A stretch of 42,036 nt of DNA from Actinomycetota bacterium (GTDB taxonomy: Bacteria > Actinomycetota > CADDZG01 > WHSQ01): NCBI GenBank assembly GCA_016781115.1, contig JADDQX010000001.1, positions 1-42,036 of the forward strand, written 5' to 3'. The notes beneath the pieces are model-generated. The model was not told where the DNA came from. It worked only from the letters and a program-made list of their open reading frames with translations, and searched no databases. Shown here one piece after another: positions 1 through 8,352 of the stretch (its first letter is position 1; each line of letters starts with the position of its first letter). The translations under genes were made by a program, and so were the position numbers.

Positions 1-36
1 CTACGTTGGGACGTAGGCCAGTAAGCAGAGAACGGG

Positions 37-111
37 CGCCCCAGACCGGACTTGAACCGGCGACCTTCTCCTTGACAGGGAGATGAGCACTCCAGACTGC
101 TCCACTGGGGC
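37..111 (-). tRNA. tRNA-Asp (anticodon GTC)
   Basis: The reverse complement folds as a 75-nt cloverleaf. Acceptor is GCCCCAG/CTGGGGC, D stem GAGC/GCTC, anticodon stem TCTCC/GGAGA with loop CTGTCAA (GTC), T stem GCCGG/CCGGT with loop TTCAAGT, and discriminator G. CCA is not encoded. Confidence 0.9.
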
Positions 112-165
112 GAGAGACGTGAGGCTAACAGACGTACTACGACAGATTGCTATCCTGCGCCCCCG

Positions 166-238
166 GGCGAGGTAGCTCAGTTGGCAGAGCACGCGACTGA
201 AAATCGCGGTGTCGACAGTTCGATTCTGTCCCTCGCCA
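166..238 (+). tRNA. tRNA-Phe (anticodon GAA)
   Basis: Cloverleaf of 73 nt. Acceptor is GGCGAGG/CCTCGCC, D stem GCTC/GAGC, anticodon stem CGCGA/TCGCG with loop CTGAAAA (GAA), T stem GACAG/CTGTC with loop TTCGATT, and discriminator A. Confidence 0.92.
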
Positions 239-256
239 CGTCCATCCTCGGACGCG

Positions 257-287
257 AAAACGGACGCCCGAGGGCGCCCGTGTCCGT
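257..287 (-). terminator. GC-rich hairpin followed by a T-run on the minus strand, a candidate intrinsic terminator of bldC (also lies downstream of tRNA-Phe)
   Basis: Outer stem is ACGGAC(260-265)/GTCCGT(282-287) around a GC-rich inner helix CGCC-CGAG-GGCG. On the minus strand the hairpin is followed by TTTT (complement of 257-260). It sits 15 nt after the bldC stop. Confidence 0.5.
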
Positions 288-301
288 TGAAGTTGAGAGC
301 T

Positions 302-496
302 TCAGTCCTGAAGCTGCTTGGCTCCCTCTAGGAACCTGCGCACCTCGTCGGCCCGGTAGCGACGGTGTCCCCCGAGAGTCCTGATCGAGGAAAGCTTGCC
401 CGCCTTAGCCCAGCGAGTGACGGTCTTCGGGTCCACCCTGAAGAGCGCTGCGACCTCGGCCGGCGTCAAAAGGGTGTCGTCCTTCTGAGCCATCAT
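302..496 (-). CDS. bldC: BldC-type small MerR/excisionase-family DNA-binding protein
   Basis: The C-terminal 64 aa of ORF 302..580 read MMAQKDDTLLTPAEVAALFRVDPKTVTRWAKAGKLSSIRTLGGHRRYRADEVRRFLEG, near-identical in pattern to Streptomyces BldC. GGAGG lies 5 nt upstream of the ATGATG at 496/493. The upstream part of the ORF (497-580) is treated as non-coding. Confidence 0.88.
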   Translation of the reverse strand: MMAQKDDTLLTPAEVAALFRVDPKTVTRWAKAGKLSSIRTLGGHRRYRADEVRRFLEGAKQLQD

Positions 497-713
497 TGGC
501 CTCCAATTCCCACGTCGGATCGGCGGTTCCGATCCACCTTCGCCACAGATGCCCGAAATGCTCTGTCGCAGGGAAATCATCGGCTTAGACGCGGCGATCT
601 GTAATGGCTATTTAGGGCCATTTTGGGGCTTTCGCAGCTATGGCCGACATAGCTCCAGCGAACTAGTCAGAAAGGGGCAAATCGCCCGCTCCCCTAGGTC
701 CCCGCCTCCGCTC

Positions 714-1520
714 TTAGTTGACGACCTCTTTCGCTCGCACCTCGGTCCAGCGTTCCGTCAGCGCGCTGAAGAGGCGGCCTGCACGGATGAGGTCTCCCCC
801 CTCCAACGCATCGAGACAGGCGGCCACTTCGGCGGCCGACTGGTCCTCGAGTAGATCTTCGTGGGAGAACATCGTCGCCACCGAGCCGTAGTCGAGCTCC
901 ATCAGCCCGTCGCTGGTGAACCCGTCCAGCCACTCGACCAGCTCGCGCACTGCAGCGGTGACACCGTCGTCGATCCAGGTCTCTTCCAGCACCGCTAGGC
1001 AGCGGACCAGTCGCGCCTTCGCGGTAGACAGCTGCGTCTCGTAGCGGATCCGGAGCCCGTTCTTGTCTTCGGTGAGGATCCTCTCGGAGCCGTCGAAGGC
1101 GCCGAACCACCTGAGCGGCACGTGCCAGTTCGCGTGCAGGATGTGCGACCGCACCTCCGGCCGCTCGTCCCCCAACACCGCGAGCTCGTGCGCTGCTCGC
1201 CGCGCCTCGGCTTCGGGCACGAACGCCTCCGCTACTTCTTCGGGAACGCTGTTGCGGAACGCGAGCAGTGCCGCCAACATCCGCAGCCTCGTGCGCCAGG
1301 GACAGATCAACAGCTGACCGTCCAGCTCCCGGACGAACGCTCCTTCGGTTGGAGTGGCGAGGTTCTGATCTGCAGGAAGCGCAGTGGCGATCAGCCAGCG
1401 ACGAGCTTCTTTGGGCTCGGAGCTTTCATCGTCGCGGCAGTTCTCCACCCACTGTTCCTGTTCCTCCGCAGGGAACGAAGACAGAGGCTGATAGATGCGC
1501 AGGTACGCCGTGTTGATCAT
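714..1520 (-). CDS. Conserved hypothetical protein (acidic, soluble)
   Basis: A 268-aa ORF with genome-typical GC3-rich codons. It lies between bldC and vdh. I recognised no family motif. Confidence 0.75.
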   Translation of the reverse strand: MINTAYLRIYQPLSSFPAEEQEQWVENCRDDESSEPKEARRWLIATALPADQNLATPTEGAFVRELDGQLLICPWRTRLRMLAALLAFRNSVPEEVAEAFVPEAEARRAAHELAVLGDERPEVRSHILHANWHVPLRWFGAFDGSERILTEDKNGLRIRYETQLSTAKARLVRCLAVLEETWIDDGVTAAVRELVEWLDGFTSDGLMELDYGSVATMFSHEDLLEDQSAAEVAACLDALEGGDLIRAGRLFSALTERWTEVRAKEVVN

Positions 1521-1637
1521 CTGATCGCGATGCTACCCAGTGCCTGTGACAAGAGAGCGGCAATCGTCCAGGCGGTAGCATGGCCGGCGAAGCTGAGACG
1601 ACGGCGTTTCGGCGGAGACCACAGGAGTCCCCCTTCC

Positions 1638-2729
1638 ATGAGCGTGTTCGAGCACATCAACGGCGATGGCTACGAGCAGATCGTCTTCTGCTCAGACGAC
1701 CAGTCGGGCCTGCGGGCGATCATCGCGATCCATTCGACGGCTCTGGGGCCTGCCCTCGGGGGGACCCGGTTCTACCCCTATGACAGAGAGGAAGACGCGC
1801 TGGTCGACGTCTTGCGGCTCGCGAAGGGCATGACCTACAAGGCCGCGGCAGCGGGCCTCGACCTCGGCGGCGGCAAGGCTGTGATCATCGGCGATCCTCG
1901 GCGCATCAAGACCGAGGAGCTGTTGCGGGCTTACGGGCGTTTCGTCGAGACACTGGGCGGGCGCTACATCACCGCGGAGGATGTCGGCACCGCTCTGGAA
2001 GATATGGACATCGTTCGTCGAGAGTCGCGCTGGGTCACCGGCTGCTCGCACACGTATGGCGGATCGGGAGATCCGTCCCCCGTCACCGCGCACGGCGTGC
2101 TGAACGGGATCAAAGCGTGCCTGTTGGAGGTCTTCGGCTCGCCGGAACTCGCCGGCCGTACGGTCGCGCTGCAGGGGGTCGGAAAGGTCGGCTACGCGCT
2201 GTGTGGCTACCTCGTCAACGAGGGAGCCACCGTCACGATCGGCGACATCGATGTCGACAACATGGCGCGCGCGGTGAAGGACCATGGAGTCGAGACCGTC
2301 CCGCTCGAGGACATCCACAAGGTCGAATGCGACGTATTCGCGCCGTGTGCGTTGGGTGGCGGGATCAACGACGACACGATCTCGGAGTTCAACTGCAAGA
2401 TCATCGCGGGGGCCGCGAACAACCAGCTGGCGCGCGAGGAGCACGGAGAGAAGTTGCGCGATCTCGGCATCCTGTACGCGCCAGACTTCGTCATCAACGC
2501 GGGCGGCCTAATCAACGTCGAAGACGAGCTCCGCGGCTATGACCGAGACAGAGCGATGGCTCGGGTCGAGGGCATCTACAAGCAGATGCAACACATCTTC
2601 ACCCTCGCGAAGGAGACCGGGCTGTCCACGGCCAAGGCTGCCGAGCTCCACGCGCAGGAGCGCATCCGAAAGATCAGTCGCATCAGGTTGGTCCGAACCG
2701 CGGAGTTCGGCCCGAGCGCGACCAACTAG
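1638..2729 (+). CDS. vdh: Valine/leucine dehydrogenase (Glu/Leu/Phe/Val dehydrogenase family)
   Basis: In-frame ATG at 1638 (MSVFEH...) preceded by AGGAG. Motifs seen are GGTRFYPY, KGMTYKAAAAGLDLGGGKAVI (catalytic Lys region) and the GVGKVG Rossmann motif. The first 172 codons of ORF 1122..2729 overlap the divergent gene and are not coding. Confidence 0.9.
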   Translation: MSVFEHINGDGYEQIVFCSDDQSGLRAIIAIHSTALGPALGGTRFYPYDREEDALVDVLRLAKGMTYKAAAAGLDLGGGKAVIIGDPRRIKTEELLRAYGRFVETLGGRYITAEDVGTALEDMDIVRRESRWVTGCSHTYGGSGDPSPVTAHGVLNGIKACLLEVFGSPELAGRTVALQGVGKVGYALCGYLVNEGATVTIGDIDVDNMARAVKDHGVETVPLEDIHKVECDVFAPCALGGGINDDTISEFNCKIIAGAANNQLAREEHGEKLRDLGILYAPDFVINAGGLINVEDELRGYDRDRAMARVEGIYKQMQHIFTLAKETGLSTAKAAELHAQERIRKISRIRLVRTAEFGPSATN

Positions 2730-2740
2730 ACCCCAGCGCG

Positions 2741-3862
2741 ATGAGTGAGATCGTTCGCGTCATCGGTAACGGCGCCGACCTCGCGGACGGCGAGGTCCCG
2801 AACGAGCTCGCGGAGAAGGATCTGATCGAGCTGTTCCGGTGGCTCGTGTTGCTGCGGACGTTCGACGAACGAGCCGTCGCACTCCAGAGACAGGGACGGA
2901 TCGGTACCTACGCTCTCTACTGGGGCGAGGAGGCGACGCAGGCGGGCGCCCTCTATGCATGTGAGGACGCCGACTGGGTGTTCCCGTCCTACAGACAGAA
3001 CGCGATCGGCATCCTTCGCGGGGTCCCCGCGTCGACCGTGCTCGCGTGGTGGCGTGGTTACGGCGGGACCCACGGGTTCTGGAACCCACGCGACCACCGG
3101 GTGGGGCCGATCACGGTGCCCATCGCGACGCACCTCCCGCATGCGGTCGGCGTCGCCTGGGCGGCGAAGATCCGTAAGGACCGTGCCTCTTCGCTCGCGT
3201 GGTTCGGCGACGGGGCGACATCCGAAGGTGATTTCCACGAGGCCATGAATTTCGCATCCGTCCTCAAGACCTCGACGGTCTTCTTCTGCGTGAACAACCA
3301 GTGGGCGATCTCCACACCGATCTCGAAGCAGATGGCGAGCGAGACGATCGCGCAGAAGGCGGTCGCATACGGGATGCCGGGCGTGCGGGTGGACGGCTTC
3401 GACCCCATCGCATGCTGGAAGGTGACGAGGGACGCGCTCGAGCGAGGGCGGCAGGGCGGGGGCCCGACGCTGATCGAGGCGTACTGCTACCGGATCATGC
3501 CCCACGGGACCGCCGACGATCCTCGGTTGTATCGCGACGAAGCGGAGAGCGAGCACTGGCGAGCACTGGAGCCGGTGGGACGGATGGCGGAATTCCTCCG
3601 GCGTCGATCGATCCTGGACGACGCGCAGGAGGAACAGATCAGAGCCGAGGCCAAGCAGCTGGTGGCACAAGCGGTCACAGATATGGAAGCCATCGCGCAT
3701 CCCGGCCAAGAGATCCTGTTCGACCACGTCTACGCATCGGGCCGCCCTTGGAACTTCGACGAGGCGCTCGATGAGCTGCACCAGGTGGAGCGACCCGCGG
3801 AGGTGAAGCCACTCGGCCCCCCCACCACCCCCGGCGCGGGCGAGGAGGGCAAGACCATATGA
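2741..3862 (+). CDS. bkdA: Branched-chain 2-oxoacid dehydrogenase E1 alpha subunit (TPP-dependent)
   Basis: A 373-aa ORF with the TPP-binding region FGDGATSEGDFHEAMNFA...NNQWAIS. Its stop overlaps the next start (ATGA at 3859-3862). Confidence 0.9.
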   Translation: MSEIVRVIGNGADLADGEVPNELAEKDLIELFRWLVLLRTFDERAVALQRQGRIGTYALYWGEEATQAGALYACEDADWVFPSYRQNAIGILRGVPASTVLAWWRGYGGTHGFWNPRDHRVGPITVPIATHLPHAVGVAWAAKIRKDRASSLAWFGDGATSEGDFHEAMNFASVLKTSTVFFCVNNQWAISTPISKQMASETIAQKAVAYGMPGVRVDGFDPIACWKVTRDALERGRQGGGPTLIEAYCYRIMPHGTADDPRLYRDEAESEHWRALEPVGRMAEFLRRRSILDDAQEEQIRAEAKQLVAQAVTDMEAIAHPGQEILFDHVYASGRPWNFDEALDELHQVERPAEVKPLGPPTTPGAGEEGKTI

Positions 3863-4875
3863 CCGCAGTCAACATGGTTGAGGCTCTGAACAAGGGTCTT
3901 CACGAAGCCATGACGGCGGACGACAGAGTCGTCGTGTTGGGCGAAGACGTCGCGAAGACCGGCGGCGTCTTCCGCGTGACCGCGGGCCTACTCGACCGTT
4001 TCGGCGACGACAGGGTCGTGGACACTCCGCTGGCGGAAGCGGGCATCGTAGGTTCCGCGATCGGCATGGCCGTCTACGGCCTGCTGCCGGTGGCCGAGAT
4101 CCAGTTCGACTCCTTCGTCTACCCGGGGTTCGAGCAGATCGTCGTGCACGCGGCCCGCTATGCGTGGCGGACCAAGGGCGAGGTGCCGGCATCGATCGTG
4201 ATCCGCATCCCTTACGGCGGCGGCGTCCGGATGCCGGAGCTCCACTCCGACTCGCCGGAGTCACTATTCGTTCACACGCCGGGGCTCAAGGTGGTCTGCC
4301 CCTCGACGCCTGCGGACGCGCGCAACATGATCCTCGCCGCGATCGAAGATCCCGATCCGGTCATCTTCATGGAGCCGAAGCGCATCTACCGGGCGGGACG
4401 GCAGGAGATCCCGGACGAGCCGCCGTTCACGGTTGGCAACGGAAGCCCTAACGGCGCACTCAACGAGTACCTCTCCAAGGCCCGCGTGGCGCGCGAGGGA
4501 GACGACCTCGCCATCTTCACGTACGGCGCAACGGTCCCGCTAACGATCGATGCCGCGGAGAAGCTCGCTCGGGAGGAGCGGGTCGAAGCGCGTGTCGTAG
4601 ATCTTCGGTCGCTGTACCCACTCGACGTCCACGCGATCGAGAAGGCGGCCTCGGAATGTCGCCGCGCCTTGGTGGTGCATGAGGCTCCACGGACCGCCGG
4701 AGTGGGCGCCGAGGTGTCGAGCCTGATCCACGAGCGCGTGATGCTGGATCTCGAAGCGCCGGTCGGCCGCGTCACCGGCTACGACGCGCCGTTCCCGCAG
4801 TTCGCCAACGAAGACGATTACCTGCCATCCGTCGACCGCATCTTCGCGGGAGCGAAGAAGGTTCTCGAGTTCTGA
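3859..4875 (+). CDS. bkdB: Branched-chain 2-oxoacid dehydrogenase E1 beta subunit
   Basis: A 338-aa ORF with the transketolase-like pyrimidine-binding pattern (VVLGEDV...GGVFRVT...DTPLAE.GIVG.AIGMA). It is translationally coupled to both neighbouring genes. Confidence 0.9.
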   Translation: MTAVNMVEALNKGLHEAMTADDRVVVLGEDVAKTGGVFRVTAGLLDRFGDDRVVDTPLAEAGIVGSAIGMAVYGLLPVAEIQFDSFVYPGFEQIVVHAARYAWRTKGEVPASIVIRIPYGGGVRMPELHSDSPESLFVHTPGLKVVCPSTPADARNMILAAIEDPDPVIFMEPKRIYRAGRQEIPDEPPFTVGNGSPNGALNEYLSKARVAREGDDLAIFTYGATVPLTIDAAEKLAREERVEARVVDLRSLYPLDVHAIEKAASECRRALVVHEAPRTAGVGAEVSSLIHERVMLDLEAPVGRVTGYDAPFPQFANEDDYLPSVDRIFAGAKKVLEF

Positions 4876-6128
4876 TGCCGGACTTCTTGCTGCCCGACCT
4901 CGGCGAGGGCCTCACCGAGGGTGAGATCGACCGCTGGCTCGTCAAAGAGGGCGACACGGTCGCCGAAGACGACCCGCTCGTCGAGGTCATCACCGACAAG
5001 GCGACGGCCGAGATCCCGTCGCCCTTCGCCGGCGTCGTGACCAAGATCCACGTTCCCGCCGGCGCCGTCGTTGCGGTCGGCACCGCTCTTGTCACCATCG
5101 GCGAAAGTGTTCCGGGGGAGTCGGTTGCGTTGGGGGGTGGGGGCCGCGCACCGTCACCTGCGGGACCAGACGCCTCCGCCTTCGGCTCCGGGGTCGATGG
5201 TCCCCACGGCAACGGCGACGCACCCCCACTCCCACCTCGACCCGTCGAAACACGTACGAACCCCATCGGCGTCAAGGCGATGCCTCCTGTTCGGAAATTG
5301 GCTCGCGAACTCGGCATCGATCTTGCTGCCATCAGGGGGAGCGGGCCGGGCGGACGCGTCCTTCGGGCCGATGTTGAGGCTGCGGCCAATGGTCATGCTC
5401 CCGGTCTCGAGACGGGTCGGATCGAAGGCGGGGGCGAACGGCGCGAGCCCCTGCGGGGCGTGCGACGGGTGATCGCTCAGAGGATGGCGGACGCCCATCG
5501 GATCGTTCCGCCGGTTACTCATGTTGAGGAGTGCGACGTGACCGAGCTCGATGCGACGCGGAAGCTCGCGAACGAGCGGTCACCTGACGAGCTTCGGCTC
5601 ACTTACATACCGTTCATCGTCAAAGCCGTAGTGACCGCTCTCCGCGATTACCCGGCATTGAATGCCTCGCTTGATGAGGAGGCTGGCGAGATCGTCTTCC
5701 ACGATCGTTTCGACATCGGCATCGCGGTGGATACTCCGGCCGGGCTTACGGTCCCGGTCGTTCGCGGCGCGGACAAGAAGCGCCTGCGCGAGGTGGCGGT
5801 TGACGTGGACCGTTTGGCTTCCGCCGCGCGCGCGGGGAGGTCCAAGAGCGAAGATCTACGGGACGCGACGTTCACGATCTCGAGCCCCGGCCCCTTCGGA
5901 GGACTCATGGCAACGCCGATCGTCTTCCATCCGCAGTCGGCGATCCTGGGCGTACACCGGGCCACGGACCGGCCGGTCGTCCGGGACGGACAGATCGTCA
6001 TCCGGAAGATGATGAACCTCTCGATCACCTTCGACCACCGCATCCTCGACGGGATGACGGCCGCGAGGTTCATCTTGGACGTGGTTCGCCTGCTGGAGCA
6101 CCCCGCCGTCCTCGCGTTGGAGGCCTGA
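4875..6128 (+). CDS. bkdC: Dihydrolipoamide acyltransferase E2 (lipoyl domain, Ala/Pro linker, PSBD, catalytic domain)
   Basis: Lipoyl-Lys motif EVITDKATAEIPSP, a subunit-binding domain (PPVRKLARELGIDL), and the catalytic motif DHRILDG near the C-terminus. Confidence 0.9.
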   Translation: MPDFLLPDLGEGLTEGEIDRWLVKEGDTVAEDDPLVEVITDKATAEIPSPFAGVVTKIHVPAGAVVAVGTALVTIGESVPGESVALGGGGRAPSPAGPDASAFGSGVDGPHGNGDAPPLPPRPVETRTNPIGVKAMPPVRKLARELGIDLAAIRGSGPGGRVLRADVEAAANGHAPGLETGRIEGGGERREPLRGVRRVIAQRMADAHRIVPPVTHVEECDVTELDATRKLANERSPDELRLTYIPFIVKAVVTALRDYPALNASLDEEAGEIVFHDRFDIGIAVDTPAGLTVPVVRGADKKRLREVAVDVDRLASAARAGRSKSEDLRDATFTISSPGPFGGLMATPIVFHPQSAILGVHRATDRPVVRDGQIVIRKMMNLSITFDHRILDGMTAARFILDVVRLLEHPAVLALEA

Positions 6129-6250
6129 GCGAGCTTTTATCCCTCTCATCCCGAAGTGGCGGCGTGGCGGGTCCGCCGGGAGTGTAGTTGTAGGTCATCG
6201 CGAAGTGCTCGGTTCCGGTACCTCTGCTCCGACTCGGCAGCACCCGCGAG

Positions 6251-7201
6251 CTACGCCGGTCGCGCGCCGATCGTGTTGCGCAGGATCCCGATGTGTTCGA
6301 TCTCCAGCTCCACGACGTCTCCGGGGGTGAGCTGACGCCCGAGATCCAGACCACAACAACCGCCGGGGGTCCCCGACCCGTAGACGTCGCCCGGAAAGAC
6401 ATCTTCAGCTTGTGAGACGTGTGCCAGCATCTGGCTCCAGCTCCAGTGGGCTGCCGATGAACGTGCTCGTCCCCATTCCTCGCCGTTGACCCGACAGATC
6501 ATGGCGAGATCCGGTTCCGGCCCCACCTCATCCGCGGTCACGATGCACGGCCCCAGCGCGTTGGCGAAGTCCTTGCCCTTCGCTGGGCCGAGCCAGGCAG
6601 ACATCTCGCTCGACTGGACGTCGCGCGCGGAGAAGTCGTTGAAGATCGTGAATCCGAAGATGTGCTTGCCGGCTTCGTCGGCTCGGATGTCTCTGCCGCG
6701 CTTGCCGACGATCATGGCGAGCTCGAGCTCGAAGTCGAGGCGGTCCGTGTACGCGGGCCACCTGCACTCGGCGTTAGGCCCGATGATGGTCCGGTGGTTC
6801 CCCTTGTAGTACACCGGCGCCTCGTACCAGTACTCCGGCACCGCGACCTGGCGGCGTTCGGCTCCGCGACGCACGTGATCTTCGAACGCGAGGAAGTCAC
6901 GCAGAGACTGGACCCGATCCAAAGGGCATAGCAACCGGGTATCTCCATCGTCGGGCGACAGCATGAAGTCGGGGATGGTCGATGCCGCGCGGACCACGTC
7001 GCGGACCTCACTCCAAACCTCGGGACCCTGCTGGATCAAGGCATCCGTCGAGACGAGGAAGGAAGCGGTCTCGGGACTGAGACGCGTGCCGGTCACCTCG
7101 TTCCACGCGTCCAGCAGGTCGACGGGTGCCGACGAGCCCACCGCCACGGCTACCCGCGGCTGATAACCCCCGCGGTCGGATACGAAACGGTACAGCCGCA
7201 A
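6251..7201 (-). CDS. Fumarylacetoacetate hydrolase (FAH) family protein
   Basis: A 316-aa ORF with the FAH-fold pattern (FELELAMIVGKRGRD..., FGFTIFNDFSARD, GTPGG). It lies immediately downstream of hmgA. Confidence 0.8.
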   Translation of the reverse strand: MRLYRFVSDRGGYQPRVAVAVGSSAPVDLLDAWNEVTGTRLSPETASFLVSTDALIQQGPEVWSEVRDVVRAASTIPDFMLSPDDGDTRLLCPLDRVQSLRDFLAFEDHVRRGAERRQVAVPEYWYEAPVYYKGNHRTIIGPNAECRWPAYTDRLDFELELAMIVGKRGRDIRADEAGKHIFGFTIFNDFSARDVQSSEMSAWLGPAKGKDFANALGPCIVTADEVGPEPDLAMICRVNGEEWGRARSSAAHWSWSQMLAHVSQAEDVFPGDVYGSGTPGGCCGLDLGRQLTPGDVVELEIEHIGILRNTIGARPA

Positions 7202-7215
7202 CCTAGAAGATCCGC

Positions 7216-8337
7216 CTATCGATCCCCGAGGAGACCCATGCCGGCGGCCCAGGACGTCTCGTACTCGGTGGCGACCACCGCGTCGGCTTCGGGTGACACG
7301 ATCAATGGTTGATGCGTCTCGACCATCACAGCGACCTCGTCGGTCCGTTCCTTGGTCTTCGACGCCTCGATAGCCGCCGGTTGTGGCCCGTGGTGGATCC
7401 CTTGTGGGTGCAACGTGATGTAACCGACGTCGATCCCCGCGCGGCTGAAGAAATTCCCTTCGTGATAGAAGAGCACCTCATCCGCGTCGATGTTCGCGTG
7501 ATAGAAGGGCACCTTCAGAACCTGCGGATCCTCTTCGAGCGGTCGCGGAACGAACGAGCAGATCACGAAACCGTCGTTCTCCCACGTGCAATGGGCCGAC
7601 GGCGGCATGTGATAGCTCGGTGAGTAGACCGGGCGATGGTCGAGGATGTTCAGCTTCACGGGGGATACGTCACCCTGCCAGCCCACCACGTCGAGCGGGT
7701 GCCACGCGAAGAACAGCGACGTGAACTCGCCATCGCGCTTCACGCGGACCTCGAACTCTCCGGCCTCGTCATGAGGGTCTGGCTCCGGAACCTGCATCAC
7801 ACCAGGGTCGAAGTGTGCGTGCTTACCCATCAACCCGCGATCGGGGAGGCGGTACTCGCCCGTCCCTTCGATGACGAAGAAGAAGTTGTCGTCGCCCGTC
7901 GGAACAACGCGATGCGTCGTCCCCTTCGGGATGATCACGTAGTCGCCGGGCGCGAAATCGAGCGGCCCGTAGTCCGACTCGATCGTTCCGCTGCCGCGGT
8001 GGACGAAGTAACAAACGTCTCCATCAGCGTCGCGCAGGAAGTACGGCATCGGCTGGGTCCTGCGCGAGACGTACAACCGGACGTCCGCGTTGCCGGCGAT
8101 CAGCTGCCAGAACCCGTCCTCGTCCGTCCGATCATCGGGCTTCATCTCGTTGACGTTGATGGCGCGCGGCCGAAGCTTCCCTTCGATGCGGGTCCACGCC
8201 GTCGGGGGGTGGCTGCGATAGAGGTGCGAGGCGCGACCGAAGAAGGTCTCTCGCCCATGCTCCTCTTCGTACGTGCCTGGAGGAACGGCTACGTGGGCTT
8301 GCTTGGCAACGGTTCCCTTCGAATGAACGACATCCAT
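7216..8337 (-). CDS. hmgA: Homogentisate 1,2-dioxygenase (short cupin type)
   Basis: A 373-aa ORF with a cupin core. It sits between hppD and the FAH-family gene, and its N-terminal FFGRASHLY pattern is typical of short bacterial HGDs. Confidence 0.75.
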   Translation of the reverse strand: MDVVHSKGTVAKQAHVAVPPGTYEEEHGRETFFGRASHLYRSHPPTAWTRIEGKLRPRAINVNEMKPDDRTDEDGFWQLIAGNADVRLYVSRRTQPMPYFLRDADGDVCYFVHRGSGTIESDYGPLDFAPGDYVIIPKGTTHRVVPTGDDNFFFVIEGTGEYRLPDRGLMGKHAHFDPGVMQVPEPDPHDEAGEFEVRVKRDGEFTSLFFAWHPLDVVGWQGDVSPVKLNILDHRPVYSPSYHMPPSAHCTWENDGFVICSFVPRPLEEDPQVLKVPFYHANIDADEVLFYHEGNFFSRAGIDVGYITLHPQGIHHGPQPAAIEASKTKERTDEVAVMVETHQPLIVSPEADAVVATEYETSWAAGMGLLGDR

Positions 8338-8352
8338 CGCAGGCTCCTCGCT

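Noticed and set aside
1-36. A possible partial tRNA or hairpin at the window edge (CTACG-TTGGGA-CGTAG).
   Set aside because: It is only a 5-bp stem with a 6-nt loop. No T-loop or D-arm can be assembled from the available 36 nt, so it cannot be called.
1122-1637. Long N-terminal extensions of track ORFs. Examples are vdh from 1122, purL to 15972, purS to 17002, purA to 23587, ilvA to 32259, the histidine kinase to 12188, and the zinc-ribbon protein from 23780.
   Set aside because: The extensions overlap neighbouring bona fide genes and lack homology-like sequence. Internal starts reproduce the canonical N-termini with SD motifs or stop/start coupling.
6129-6250. An intrinsic terminator or small RNA between the convergent bkdC and FAH genes.
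   Set aside because: Only short, imperfect GC stems are present (for example GGCGG-GT-CCGCC, whose loop is too small) and there is no T-tract. No convincing structure or small ORF was found.
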